Source: Vulcanimicrobiota bacterium (GTDB taxonomy: Bacteria; Vulcanimicrobiota; Vulcanimicrobiia; Vulcanimicrobiales; Vulcanimicrobiaceae). Taken from it: a DNA stretch of 64,000 nt. Under the pieces are notes generated by a model, which was not told where the DNA came from, did no database searches, and saw only the letters and a program-made list of their open reading frames with translations. The DNA is taken from NCBI GenBank assembly GCA_963777315.1, contig CAVZQC010000001.1, positions 399,172-463,171 of the forward strand. The letters are read 5' to 3'. The first letter of the stretch is position 1, and each line of letters opens with the position of its first letter. This document shows positions 21,027 through 30,025 of this stretch, piece by piece. A program made the position numbers and the translations under genes.

Positions 21027-21644
21027 TTACTCTTGCGCCGTGGAGGCCGTCATCTTGCTGGTGAGCAGATCGAGCTCGAGGGGCTGGCCCTGTTCGAGTT
21101 CCATCGGCGGAAGATCGTCTAAGGAGCGCAGGCCGAACGCTTCCAAGAATTCCGCGGTCGTGCGGTAGAGCACAGGCCGGCCCACCACGTCTTTGCGCCC
21201 CGCCTCGGCAATCAAGCTGCGATCGAGCAGCGTCGAAACGACGCTATCCGAAGCCACGCCGCGAATGGATTCGATTTCGCTCTTGGTGACGGGCTGCATG
21301 TAGGCGACGATCGCCAGCGTCTCGAGCGCCGGCGTAGACAAGTTGCTTTTGGGTGGCAGCAGATACGCCTCGACGATTTCACGCACGTCGGGCGAGCTTG
21401 CAAAGCGATAGCCGCCCGCAACTTCCCGCAGCACGATCCCGCGCTCGGCGTACTGCGCCTGGATATGCGCGAGCGCGGTGGCCACTTGCGGCTCGGTCGC
21501 ACCCGTGACTTTGGCAATCTGCTTTATCGTGAGCGCTTCGCCCGCCACGAACAGCAGCGCCTCCAGCGGACGGCGCAGCCGTTGGGCGGCATCTTCGAGC
21601 GCCTGGGTTTCGTCCTGCGCGCCCGCTTGTTGAACGGTTTCCAC
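21027..21644 (-). CDS. scpB: SMC-Scp complex subunit ScpB
   Basis: LEALLFV, ALETLAIVAYMQPVTKSEIESIRGV, GRPVLYRTT, FGLRSLDDLP. Confidence 0.95.
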   Translation of the reverse strand: METVQQAGAQDETQALEDAAQRLRRPLEALLFVAGEALTIKQIAKVTGATEPQVATALAHIQAQYAERGIVLREVAGGYRFASSPDVREIVEAYLLPPKSNLSTPALETLAIVAYMQPVTKSEIESIRGVASDSVVSTLLDRSLIAEAGRKDVVGRPVLYRTTAEFLEAFGLRSLDDLPPMELEQGQPLELDLLTSKMTASTAQE

Positions 21645-21655
21645 TTCGTCGTTCT

Positions 21656-22394
21656 CTATGAAAGCGGCGTAACGGCGAGCAATCGAATATCGTCGAACAT
21701 CTCGCGCTGCTCGCAGGCTACGCGATGCCGTCGAATCAGCTCGAGTATCGCCAGAAACGTGATGATGATCGACTCCCGGCTCATGCCCATGTCTTTGCAC
21801 AGCGTCGAGAAAAATACTTCGCCGCTCTCGCGCACCTTCCGCGCGACGTAGTCCATCGTCGCCATGAGCGAGAGTCGCTCGCGCGCAATCGTGCGCTTCT
21901 CGGGACGCGCGTTGCGCAGCATCGCAACGAACACGCTCGTCAGCTTGCCGGGATCGACGCGATAGCGCTGGCGCAGCTCGCCGAGCGGATCTCCCGCGTC
22001 CCGGTAGTAAAACGCGGAAGCCTCGGCCGCGCGCGAACGCAAATCCTCGCCGACCTCGCGATACTTCGAGTATGCGATCAGCCGCTGGCGCAAACGCTCT
22101 TCGACTTGCTCGGGCGTTTCGGCTTCTTCGTCCGCGAACTCACCAGGAATCGGCGGCAGCAGCGCCTTGGACTTGAGGAACACTAAAGTCGCCGCGATCA
22201 CCAAGTACTCCGCAGCCGCCTCGACGTCGAGCGCTTCCATCATCGAGACGTACGCCAAGTACTGCTCGGCGACCAGAGCCAACGGAACGGTGGCGATATC
22301 GAGCTCGACGTTCCTTGACCAAACTGAGCAGCAGGTCCAGCGGACCGTCAAAAACTTCGACGCTGACCCGCAGCTGCGCGGATTCGTCGTTCAA
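21656..22394 (-). CDS. scpA: segregation and condensation protein A (frameshift near 22308)
   Basis: FDGPLDLLLSLV, then AEYLVIAATLVFLKSKALLP and TFLAILEL in the next frame. Confidence 0.92.
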
Positions 22395-22870
22395 GACGTT
22401 CTCTGTTCGGCCGTCCTTGCAATGATTGCCGCCTCGCCGAAGGCGGTCGGATTGGCCAGCAGATACTCCAGACCCAGGTCGACCAAGCGTTTTTCGTTCA
22501 CGTATTTCAGGGCTTTCTTGGCGGCTGAAATATCGAACCAGCGCGCTTCGTCCACTTCGTGATCGTGGTTGGCCGTATCGCCCGAAAGATAGCGCATCAG
22601 GTAGAAGGTCACGGATTTCTTGTGCTTGGTCCGGTTCAGGTAAAACCAGTACGAGATATCGCTCAGTTTGGTCATGATCTCGCCCCAGCACCCGGTCTCC
22701 TCGCGCACTTCGCGCAGGGCGGCCTGCTCGTGAGATTCCTTGGCCTCGACGTGACCCTTGGGCAGCGTCCAAACGCGCGGCGTGCCGCGTCCGATGAGCA
22801 ATGCATCGTACGTCGACTCGCGCCGGCGCAGGACGAGCCCCCCGGCGGACACCTCGTATTTGATTCGCAT
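22391..22870 (-). CDS. NUDIX hydrolase
   Basis: SAGG, WTLPKGHVE...AALREVREETG Nudix box. Confidence 0.92.
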   Translation of the reverse strand: MRIKYEVSAGGLVLRRRESTYDALLIGRGTPRVWTLPKGHVEAKESHEQAALREVREETGCWGEIMTKLSDISYWFYLNRTKHKKSVTFYLMRYLSGDTANHDHEVDEARWFDISAAKKALKYVNEKRLVDLGLEYLLANPTAFGEAAIIARTAEQRTS

Positions 22871-22962
22871 CTCAAAGCCCCTAAGGACGGGAAAGGCGCC
22901 CCAACCGGGTCGCCTCCTCATTACATCGATTATACCGGATGGGCCCAAGAAGCTTCACCCCG

Positions 22963-23508
22963 TTAGGGAGCCGAAGCGGCACCCGCGACGACGTTTTTGC
23001 ACGCAAGCGTACGGACGATTGCCATTCGCGGGTCGCTCAACCGAAAGCGCAGCAGACCGCCCGCGCCCGGACACGGCGGCTCGCTTTGAAGGAGCGCGCC
23101 CGCAGTCACTGCGCCCGGGACGGCGTCGGCTTGGCCGGCGCTGTTGAAGAACACGCTGAAGGGCGGAGCCCCGAGCGATGCTTCGGAGATGTCGGCCATC
23201 GCGCCGATCGGCGGCACCGGGGCTGCCTGCATCCCCAAACCGTTGGGGCGGCCCGAAAAGACGCGCGCCGAAAAACCGGGCACGGCCGCGCCGCCGGCAT
23301 CTTTGCGCGGCGTGAAAACGATCGTTGCGCCGTTGCCACCGGCGGCGGCCAACGATCGCGCGTATGCTACCGTCGCGTCGAACTGCACTGCGGCGGACTG
23401 CGCGCCGAAGGCACGCGCGCCGCCGGCCATGGCAAACGAAACCACGGCCGCCGTCGCGACGATCGCCACTACGACGCAAAGTTCCAAAAGCGTGAAGCCG
23501 CGCTGCAC
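22963..23508 (-). CDS. prepilin-type N-terminal cleavage/methylation protein
   Basis: QRGFTLLEL followed by a hydrophobic helix. Confidence 0.8.
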   Translation of the reverse strand: MQRGFTLLELCVVVAIVATAAVVSFAMAGGARAFGAQSAAVQFDATVAYARSLAAAGGNGATIVFTPRKDAGGAAVPGFSARVFSGRPNGLGMQAAPVPPIGAMADISEASLGAPPFSVFFNSAGQADAVPGAVTAGALLQSEPPCPGAGGLLRFRLSDPRMAIVRTLACKNVVAGAASAP

Positions 23509-23556
23509 GTGCGCTATAGTGCCCCGCCCGCATCGAAAGCCGGACGGCCGCAGTTT

Positions 23557-25038
23557 CTAGTTTGCCGGACGCCAGCGCAAATCGGGCGAGCGCGCTGCGC
23601 GCGTTTCGTCCAGCCGCCCGACGACCGTGTTCGTGGGCGCGGCGAGAATCGAGTCGGGATCGGTGTGCGCGGTCTGCACGATCTCGCGCAGCGCCTGCAC
23701 GAAAGCATCGAGCGTTTCTTTCGATTCGGTTTCCGTCGGTTCGATCATCAGGCACTCCGGAACGATCAGCGGAAAGTACATAGTCGGGGCCATGAACCCG
23801 CGATCGAGCAGTGCTTTGGCGATGTCCAGCGCGCGCACACCGGTTTCTTTCTTCAGATCCTGCGCGGACGCGACGAACTCGTGCCGGCAGACCTCGTCGT
23901 ACGGCGTGGTCAAAAATTCGCGCACCTTCACCCGCAGGTAGTTTGCGTTCAGGACCGCCAAACGCGAGACTTGCGTCAATCCTTGCGCACCGTTGGCGTA
24001 AATGTACGCCAGCGCGCGCACGGCGTGCGCAAAGTTCGACCAAAACGACCGCATCGGCCCGATCGATTTCGGCAGATTGAAGTCGAGGAAATATTCCATC
24101 CCATCGCCGGATCCGCCGCGCGCGCGAACGTACGGGGTGGGCAGGTACTCTACCAAGTGTGCCGCGACGCCCACGGGGCCGTGGCCGGCGCCTCCGCCGC
24201 CATGCGGAATGGTAAAAGTCTTGTGCGTGTTGAGATGCATCAGATCGAATCCCATGTCGCCCGGACGCGCGTTTCCCATCAGTGCGTTGGCATTGGCTCC
24301 GTCGTAATACATCAGCCCGCCCGCGTCGTGCACCGCTTGAGCGATCTCGGCAATGTGGTCTTCGAACAGCCCCAGCGTGTTGGGATTGGTCATCATGCAC
24401 ACCGCGGTGTCGGGTCCAAGCACCTTGCGCAGCTCTTCGACGCTCACGCGTCCCCGCCGATCGCTTTGCAGCGAAACGACCTTAAACCCGCACATGGCTG
24501 CGGATGCGGGGTTGGTGCCGTGAGCAGTATCGGGCACGATCACTTTGTCGCGCGCGGTCTGCCCGCGCTCCTTGAAATACGCCTTGGCCATGAGCAGCGC
24601 GGCCAGTTCGGCGTGCGCGCCCGCCGAAGGGTTGAGCGAAAATGCCGCCATGCCGAAAAGCGAGCATAGGCTGCGCTCGAGCTCGTACATGATTTGCAGC
24701 GCGCCTTGCGCGAGTTCGTTGGGCGTGTACGGATGCAGATCGGCTAGTCCCGGCAGACTCGCCATCGCGTCGTTCACCCGCGGGTTGTACTTCATCGTGC
24801 ACGAGCCCAGGGGATAGAATCCGACGTCGATGCCGAACGTGCGCTGCGACAGACGCGTGAAATGGCGAACGACGTCGAGCTCGGTGTTGTCGGGAAGGGG
24901 CAGCTCTTCGCGCAGCGCCTCCGGCGGCAAAAACTCGGCAAGGTCTCGACCTGCATCCAGATAGCGGTTGGCGCGGCCGTCCTGTCCCGTCTGGAAGATC
25001 AGCGGCGAAGCGGTATGATCAGACGCTAAGCGTGACAC
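23557..25038 (-). CDS. gcvPB: glycine dehydrogenase subunit 2
   Basis: YPLGSCTMKYNP, AHGTNPASA, HLNTHKTFTIPHGGGG, IEPTETE. Confidence 0.96.
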   Translation of the reverse strand: MSRLASDHTASPLIFQTGQDGRANRYLDAGRDLAEFLPPEALREELPLPDNTELDVVRHFTRLSQRTFGIDVGFYPLGSCTMKYNPRVNDAMASLPGLADLHPYTPNELAQGALQIMYELERSLCSLFGMAAFSLNPSAGAHAELAALLMAKAYFKERGQTARDKVIVPDTAHGTNPASAAMCGFKVVSLQSDRRGRVSVEELRKVLGPDTAVCMMTNPNTLGLFEDHIAEIAQAVHDAGGLMYYDGANANALMGNARPGDMGFDLMHLNTHKTFTIPHGGGGAGHGPVGVAAHLVEYLPTPYVRARGGSGDGMEYFLDFNLPKSIGPMRSFWSNFAHAVRALAYIYANGAQGLTQVSRLAVLNANYLRVKVREFLTTPYDEVCRHEFVASAQDLKKETGVRALDIAKALLDRGFMAPTMYFPLIVPECLMIEPTETESKETLDAFVQALREIVQTAHTDPDSILAAPTNTVVGRLDETRAARSPDLRWRPAN

Positions 25039-26380
25039 CCGCCACCTCCATGAGGGCCGCGCACAGCGCGTCGATGTCCGAGCCGGAAGTCACTTCGGTC
25101 GCCGTCATCAGGATGCAGTCGGCGTACTCCGGATAGTAGCGTCCCACGTCAAGTCCGCCGAGGATTCCTCGCTCCTGCAAATGCGCCAGCACCGCAGCGG
25201 CGGGCTGATGGACATTGACGAGCATCTCGTTGAAAAACGGCGCATCGAACCGCAAGCTGCAGCCGGCAAGCGAACTCACGCGCGTTGCCAGTTCGCGCGA
25301 ACGCGCGAGGTTGGCCGCAGCGGCATCGCGCAGGCCGGTTTTTCCCATGAGCGCCAGGTAGATCGTTGCGATCAGCGCGCAGTGCGCTTGATTGGTGCAA
25401 ATGTTCGACGCGGCGCGCTCGCGCCGGATGTGCTGTTCGCGCGCCTGCAACGTCAGCACGAACGCTTCGTTGCCGTGCACGTCGAGCGTCTTGCCGACCA
25501 GGCGCCCCGGAATCCGGCGCAGGTGCTCTTGGCTGGAAGCGATGAAACCCGCGTACGGACCGCCGTACGCGACGGGGATGCCGAAGCTCTGCGCTTCGCC
25601 GGCAACGATCTCCGCGCCCCACGACGCGGGCGTTCGCAGCGCCGCCAGCGCGAGTGCCTCCGCCACGACGCCGATCGCGACGGTGCCGCTGCTTCTTGCA
25701 GCAGCGATCGCCGCCGCATCGGGCGCGTCGACGTTGCCGAAAAAGTTCGGCGATTGAATCGCGACGCACGCGTACGCCTTGTCCGCGAGCCGGTCGCTCA
25801 GGCCCGCCGTGTCCGTCGTGCCGTCGGACGCTATCGGAAGCTCTTCGATCTCAACGTCCAAACCGTCGCAATACGTTTTGAGCACGGCGCGATAATTGGG
25901 GTGAATCGCGCGCGACACGAGCGCTTTTCTGCGTCCGGTCGCATTGATGGCCATGATCGCGGCTTCTGCCAGCGCCGTTGCACCGTCATACACGGACGCA
26001 TTTGCAATGTCCAGCCCGGTGAGCAGGCAGATGTAGGTTTGCCACTCGTAGATCGCCTGCAGATAGCCTTGCGAGACTTCCGCTTGATACGGCGTGTACG
26101 CGGTGAGAAATTCTCCGCGCATCGCCAATGCTGCGATCGCAGGGGGTGCGTAATGCCGGTACGCGCCCGCGCCTAAAAAAGAAACGTACGAGGCACCGGT
26201 ATTTTTCTGGGCAAACCGCTCGAACCGCTTGACGATATCGGCCTCGCACAGCGCCGGAACCACGTCCAAGCGCTCGCGCAGCTTGACGGATTCGGGCACT
26301 TCGAGGAGCTGGTCCAGCGACGGCACGCCGACGGCCTCGAGCATTTCCCGAACGTCTTTCTCGGTATGCGGGACGTACAT
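25019..26380 (-). CDS. gcvPA: glycine dehydrogenase subunit 1
   Basis: TAYTPYQAEVSQG, NASVYDGATA, QAREQHIRRERA-SNICTNQ. Confidence 0.96.
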   Translation of the reverse strand: MYVPHTEKDVREMLEAVGVPSLDQLLEVPESVKLRERLDVVPALCEADIVKRFERFAQKNTGASYVSFLGAGAYRHYAPPAIAALAMRGEFLTAYTPYQAEVSQGYLQAIYEWQTYICLLTGLDIANASVYDGATALAEAAIMAINATGRRKALVSRAIHPNYRAVLKTYCDGLDVEIEELPIASDGTTDTAGLSDRLADKAYACVAIQSPNFFGNVDAPDAAAIAAARSSGTVAIGVVAEALALAALRTPASWGAEIVAGEAQSFGIPVAYGGPYAGFIASSQEHLRRIPGRLVGKTLDVHGNEAFVLTLQAREQHIRRERAASNICTNQAHCALIATIYLALMGKTGLRDAAAANLARSRELATRVSSLAGCSLRFDAPFFNEMLVNVHQPAAAVLAHLQERGILGGLDVGRYYPEYADCILMTATEVTSGSDIDALCAALMEVAGVTLSV

Positions 26381-26383
26381 GCG

Positions 26384-26764
26384 CTAATCTTTAGCGATCT
26401 CGCGGTAGTCGCGCGCAGAGAGCAATTGCGAAGCCTGAGACGGATCGGAGAGCTTGAGTTTGAACATCCAGCCGCCGTCGAACGGCTCGCGGTTGACCAG
26501 TGCGGGATCCTTTTCGAGCTCGCCGTTGACTTCGAGCACTTCACCGGAAACCGGCGTGAACAGATCCGAAACCGCCTTAACGGATTCGACCACGCCCGCA
26601 GTGCCGAACTGCTCGAGCGTGGCACCCACTTTGGGAAGCTCGACGTAGACGATGTCGCCCAGCGAATTTTGGGCGTAGTCGGTGATGCCGATGACCGCGG
26701 TGCCGCCGTCAACCTCGACCCACTCGTGTTCTTTGCTGTACAGCAGATTTTCCGGCTGCGCCAA
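26384..26764 (-). CDS. gcvH: glycine cleavage system H protein
   Basis: YSKEHEW, GITDYAQNSLGDIVYVELP, VESVKAVSD (lipoyl lysine). Confidence 0.97.
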   Translation of the reverse strand: MAQPENLLYSKEHEWVEVDGGTAVIGITDYAQNSLGDIVYVELPKVGATLEQFGTAGVVESVKAVSDLFTPVSGEVLEVNGELEKDPALVNREPFDGGWMFKLKLSDPSQASQLLSARDYREIAKD

Positions 26765-26765
26765 G

Positions 26766-27872
26766 TCATTGACTCCTTTTGTAAAACGGCAGGGGGACGA
26801 CTTCAGCGCCGTACGCCGTGCCGCGGATATGGATCACCAGCGGCGTGCCGGCGGTCGAGGCGGATTTTTCGACCAGGGCCGTGGCGATGTTCTTGTTGTG
26901 AACCGAGGGCCCGATCGAACCGCTGCGGATCTCTCCCACATGGCGATCGCCCATGAATACGCGATAGCCTTCGCGCGCCGGAGCTCGACCGTCCATCACT
27001 ATGCCGGCGATCCGGTCGAACGCATCCTCCGCTTTCTGCTTCTCCAGGGCTGCTTTGCCGGCGAAATGCGCCTTGTTCAGCTTGACCGCCCAGCTCAAAC
27101 CGGCTTGGAGCGGCGTGATCTCTTCGGTGAGCTCGTGGCCGTACAGGGGCATGCCGGCTTCCAGCCGCAGCACGTCCCGCGCGCCCAGACCTGCGGGTAT
27201 AAGCCCGCCTTGCGCGTTATCCCGCAGCAGAGCATCCCAAATCAGCGGCGCATCCGCACCGTCGACGAACAGCTCGAATCCGTCTTCGCCCGTGTAGCCC
27301 GTGCGCGCGATCACTGCGGGCTTTCCGTATACCGTTCCCTGCGCGCAGAAATAATACTTGAGCGCGGCGACGTCGACGTCGGTATGCGGAGCGATCATTT
27401 CCACCGACTTGGGACCCTGGATCGCGATGAGCGCGTTCCGGCCGTGCCGGCTGGATAATTCCACGCCCGAGTCGCCCAAATTGGCGTTCAGGTGCGTCCA
27501 CATCTTTTCCGCGTTGCTCGCGTTGACGACCAGCAGCCACCGGTCCGGCAACTTGTAGAAGATGACGTCGTCGAGCGCTCCGCCGCGTTCGTTGGTGAAG
27601 ATGTTGTAGCGAGCTTGATCCGGTTTCATCGTCGAAACCGCATTGGCCGTCAACTGGTCAGCCCACGATGCGACGTTGTCGCCTCGCAGAATGAATTGGC
27701 CCATGTGCGAGAGATCGAACAGTCCGGCGCGGTGACGCACCGCTTCGTGCTCCTTCAGAATGCTCGTGTACTGCACGGGCATGTCGAAACCGCCGAACGC
27801 AATCAAACGCGCGCCCAACTGCACGTGCCGGTCGTGAAGCGGGCTGCGCCGCGCTTGCGTTTGCGTCGTCAT
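26766..27872 (-). CDS. gcvT: glycine cleavage system aminomethyltransferase
   Basis: MPVQY, GLFDLSHMG, RTGYTGEDGFE, GLGARDVLRLEAG. Confidence 0.97.
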   Translation of the reverse strand: MTTQTQARRSPLHDRHVQLGARLIAFGGFDMPVQYTSILKEHEAVRHRAGLFDLSHMGQFILRGDNVASWADQLTANAVSTMKPDQARYNIFTNERGGALDDVIFYKLPDRWLLVVNASNAEKMWTHLNANLGDSGVELSSRHGRNALIAIQGPKSVEMIAPHTDVDVAALKYYFCAQGTVYGKPAVIARTGYTGEDGFELFVDGADAPLIWDALLRDNAQGGLIPAGLGARDVLRLEAGMPLYGHELTEEITPLQAGLSWAVKLNKAHFAGKAALEKQKAEDAFDRIAGIVMDGRAPAREGYRVFMGDRHVGEIRSGSIGPSVHNKNIATALVEKSASTAGTPLVIHIRGTAYGAEVVPLPFYKRSQ

Positions 27873-28306
27873 TGCGGTTTTTGCGGTTTCTCCCGAGGGT
27901 ACGAGTTTAAAAAGTTCAGCGTGGCGTGCGCGACGAGCTTTTCGCCGCTGCGCACGTGAACCTCCCCGTACACGATGCGCCGTCCAGCCTTGAGCACGGT
28001 CGCTTCGGCGATGAGGTCGTGGGGCGGAAGCGCCGGCGCAAGATAGTTGCACTGCAGCGCTACGGTCGTCGTATCCTGATCCCGGCCGTAAATCGAGGCC
28101 AGCGCTAAATAAAAGCAGGTGTCGCATAGGCTCACGATAGCTCCACCGTGCACCGCGCCCGTTCCGTTGGATATCTGCGGACGGTAAGGCATGCGCATCG
28201 ACGCTTTGCCGTCGCCCACGCTTTCGAGCTTCAAATCGAGCAACTCGACGAAATGCGACTTTTCTTTGTCCCACTGACGGCGCGCGGAATCTTGATCTAT
28301 CGGCAC
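27869..28306 (-). CDS. PaaI family thioesterase
   Basis: NGTGAVHGGAIVSLCD hot-dog motif. Confidence 0.88.
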   Translation of the reverse strand: MPIDQDSARRQWDKEKSHFVELLDLKLESVGDGKASMRMPYRPQISNGTGAVHGGAIVSLCDTCFYLALASIYGRDQDTTTVALQCNYLAPALPPHDLIAEATVLKAGRRIVYGEVHVRSGEKLVAHATLNFLNSYPREKPQKPQ

Positions 28307-28307
28307 G

Positions 28308-29129
28308 TCACAGCGTCTTCTGCGCGGTCTGGTGCGCGACGGCGCGATCGTACGCGTCCCGAAGATCGAGCGTACCACCGTGCAGCCGGTGCGCGCCGTC
28401 CACGGCAAGTGCGGCGCCGCTGATCCAGCTCGCCTGCGCCGAACACAACCACAGCGCCGCGCGCGCAACGTCTTCGGGCTCCCCCAAACGTCCGAGCGGA
28501 ATGCGCGCGGTGGGCGCGCCGTGCGCACCGAGATCCGCAACGCTCCACAAGTTCTTGTCCGTGCCTTCGGTATGGATCGGACCGGGCGCAACGGCGTTCA
28601 CGCGTATGCCGAATCGTCCCCACTCCGCGGCCAACGTGCGCGTCATGGCCAGGACGCCGGCTTTGGCGCACGCGGAATGGACGGCGGCGGGTTCGCCGCT
28701 CCATGCATAGGCCGCGATGATGTTGAGGATGCAGCCTTGCGACTTGCGCAGATGCTCGAACGCGGCGTGCGTGCAATGAAACGTCCCGTTCAAAACGATG
28801 TCGACCACCGACTTAAAGCCGTTGGGCGAAAGCCGCTCGGACGGCGCGATGAAATTGCCGGCGGCGTTGTTGACCACAACGTCCAATCCGCCGGTCTGCG
28901 CGACGATCTGCTCGACGACTTCGTGCACGCGTTCGGGCCGCCGCACGTCGCACGACAACGCCAAGCCCGATCCCATCAATGCAACCGTTTCGTCCAGCGG
29001 CTCTTGGCGGCGGCCGATGACGCACACCGTTGCCCCCTCGCGGGCGAAGGCCAGCGCCATGGCCCGGCCCAGCCCCGAGCCTCCGCCGGTGACCCACACC
29101 GTTTTGCCCTGATAACTCGTGCAACTCAA
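28308..29129 (-). CDS. SDR oxidoreductase (2,4-dienoyl-CoA reductase-like)
   Basis: TGGGSGLG, NNAAGNF, LSPNGFKSVVDIVLNGT, HSACAKAG. Confidence 0.88.
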   Translation of the reverse strand: MSCTSYQGKTVWVTGGGSGLGRAMALAFAREGATVCVIGRRQEPLDETVALMGSGLALSCDVRRPERVHEVVEQIVAQTGGLDVVVNNAAGNFIAPSERLSPNGFKSVVDIVLNGTFHCTHAAFEHLRKSQGCILNIIAAYAWSGEPAAVHSACAKAGVLAMTRTLAAEWGRFGIRVNAVAPGPIHTEGTDKNLWSVADLGAHGAPTARIPLGRLGEPEDVARAALWLCSAQASWISGAALAVDGAHRLHGGTLDLRDAYDRAVAHQTAQKTL

Positions 29130-30013
29130 AACGTCTCTCCGGGCTTTTGCAGTTCGCGGCGCAAATACAGCGGCAGCGCGAAGATGCGCCGGTGCGTCAC
29201 GCCGTCGTAAAAGAAGTTGTCACCGCGCAAAGCGCGGCAGTACGCGTTCACGTGCCGTTCGTCCAAAGCGGCCACGTCGACGCCGTCGCTGCAGGCGATA
29301 AACGCCCAGTCGTTGTCGAACGCGGGCACGTGCGTGTAGTACGAGGCAGCATAGGCGTAGTATCCGCGCAGCGTGCGCGCCATCTTCGCGTGCAGCGACG
29401 AGTTGTAGAAACCTGCGGTGCTGGCTTGCAGCACGTACACGCCGCCTTCGAGCAGCCGCGCTTTGATGTCGCGAAAGACCCTATCGCAAAACAGCGGGTT
29501 GCTGGGCGAATCCTCCAGCGGTTCGGTCAAATCGGAGATGATTACGCCGTATTGCTCGCGGTCTTGGGCTATGAACTCGAGCGCATCGCCCACGATCACC
29601 CGCGCGCGCGGATCGTCGAAGGCTCCGCTCGACCACTCGGGCAAGTATTTTTTCGACAGCTCGACCACTTGGCCGTCGATGTCGACCATCGTGGCGCGCT
29701 GCACGTCCGCATTGCGCAATACCTCGCGTAGCGTCGCGCCTTCGCCTCCGCCCAAAATCAATACCCGCGAACGATCCTGGGTCGCGGCCATGGCGGGATG
29801 AACCAGCGATTCGTGATAGATTTTCTCGTCGTGCTGGGAACTTTGCGTGTCGCCGTCCAGAACGAGCATTTTTCCAAAGACCGGCGTGCCGATCACCCCG
29901 ACGCTTTGAAACGGCGTTCGACCGGCATAATACACCTGCTCGATGGCGTGGTGATGCTGCTCCGTCGCGCAAAACTCTTCGACGTACCACTGCCAGCGCT
30001 GTGTCTTGGGCAT
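29126..30013 (-). CDS. speE: polyamine aminopropyltransferase
   Basis: GKMLVLDG, YHESLVHP, GGGEGATLRE, VDIDG, FDDPR. Confidence 0.92.
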   Translation of the reverse strand: MPKTQRWQWYVEEFCATEQHHHAIEQVYYAGRTPFQSVGVIGTPVFGKMLVLDGDTQSSQHDEKIYHESLVHPAMAATQDRSRVLILGGGEGATLREVLRNADVQRATMVDIDGQVVELSKKYLPEWSSGAFDDPRARVIVGDALEFIAQDREQYGVIISDLTEPLEDSPSNPLFCDRVFRDIKARLLEGGVYVLQASTAGFYNSSLHAKMARTLRGYYAYAASYYTHVPAFDNDWAFIACSDGVDVAALDERHVNAYCRALRGDNFFYDGVTHRRIFALPLYLRRELQKPGETF

Positions 30014-30025
30014 AGCCCCCGTAGA

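Noticed and set aside
27869..27960. Glycine riboswitch upstream of gcvT
   Set aside because: The gcvT start overlaps the PaaI stop, so there is no leader.
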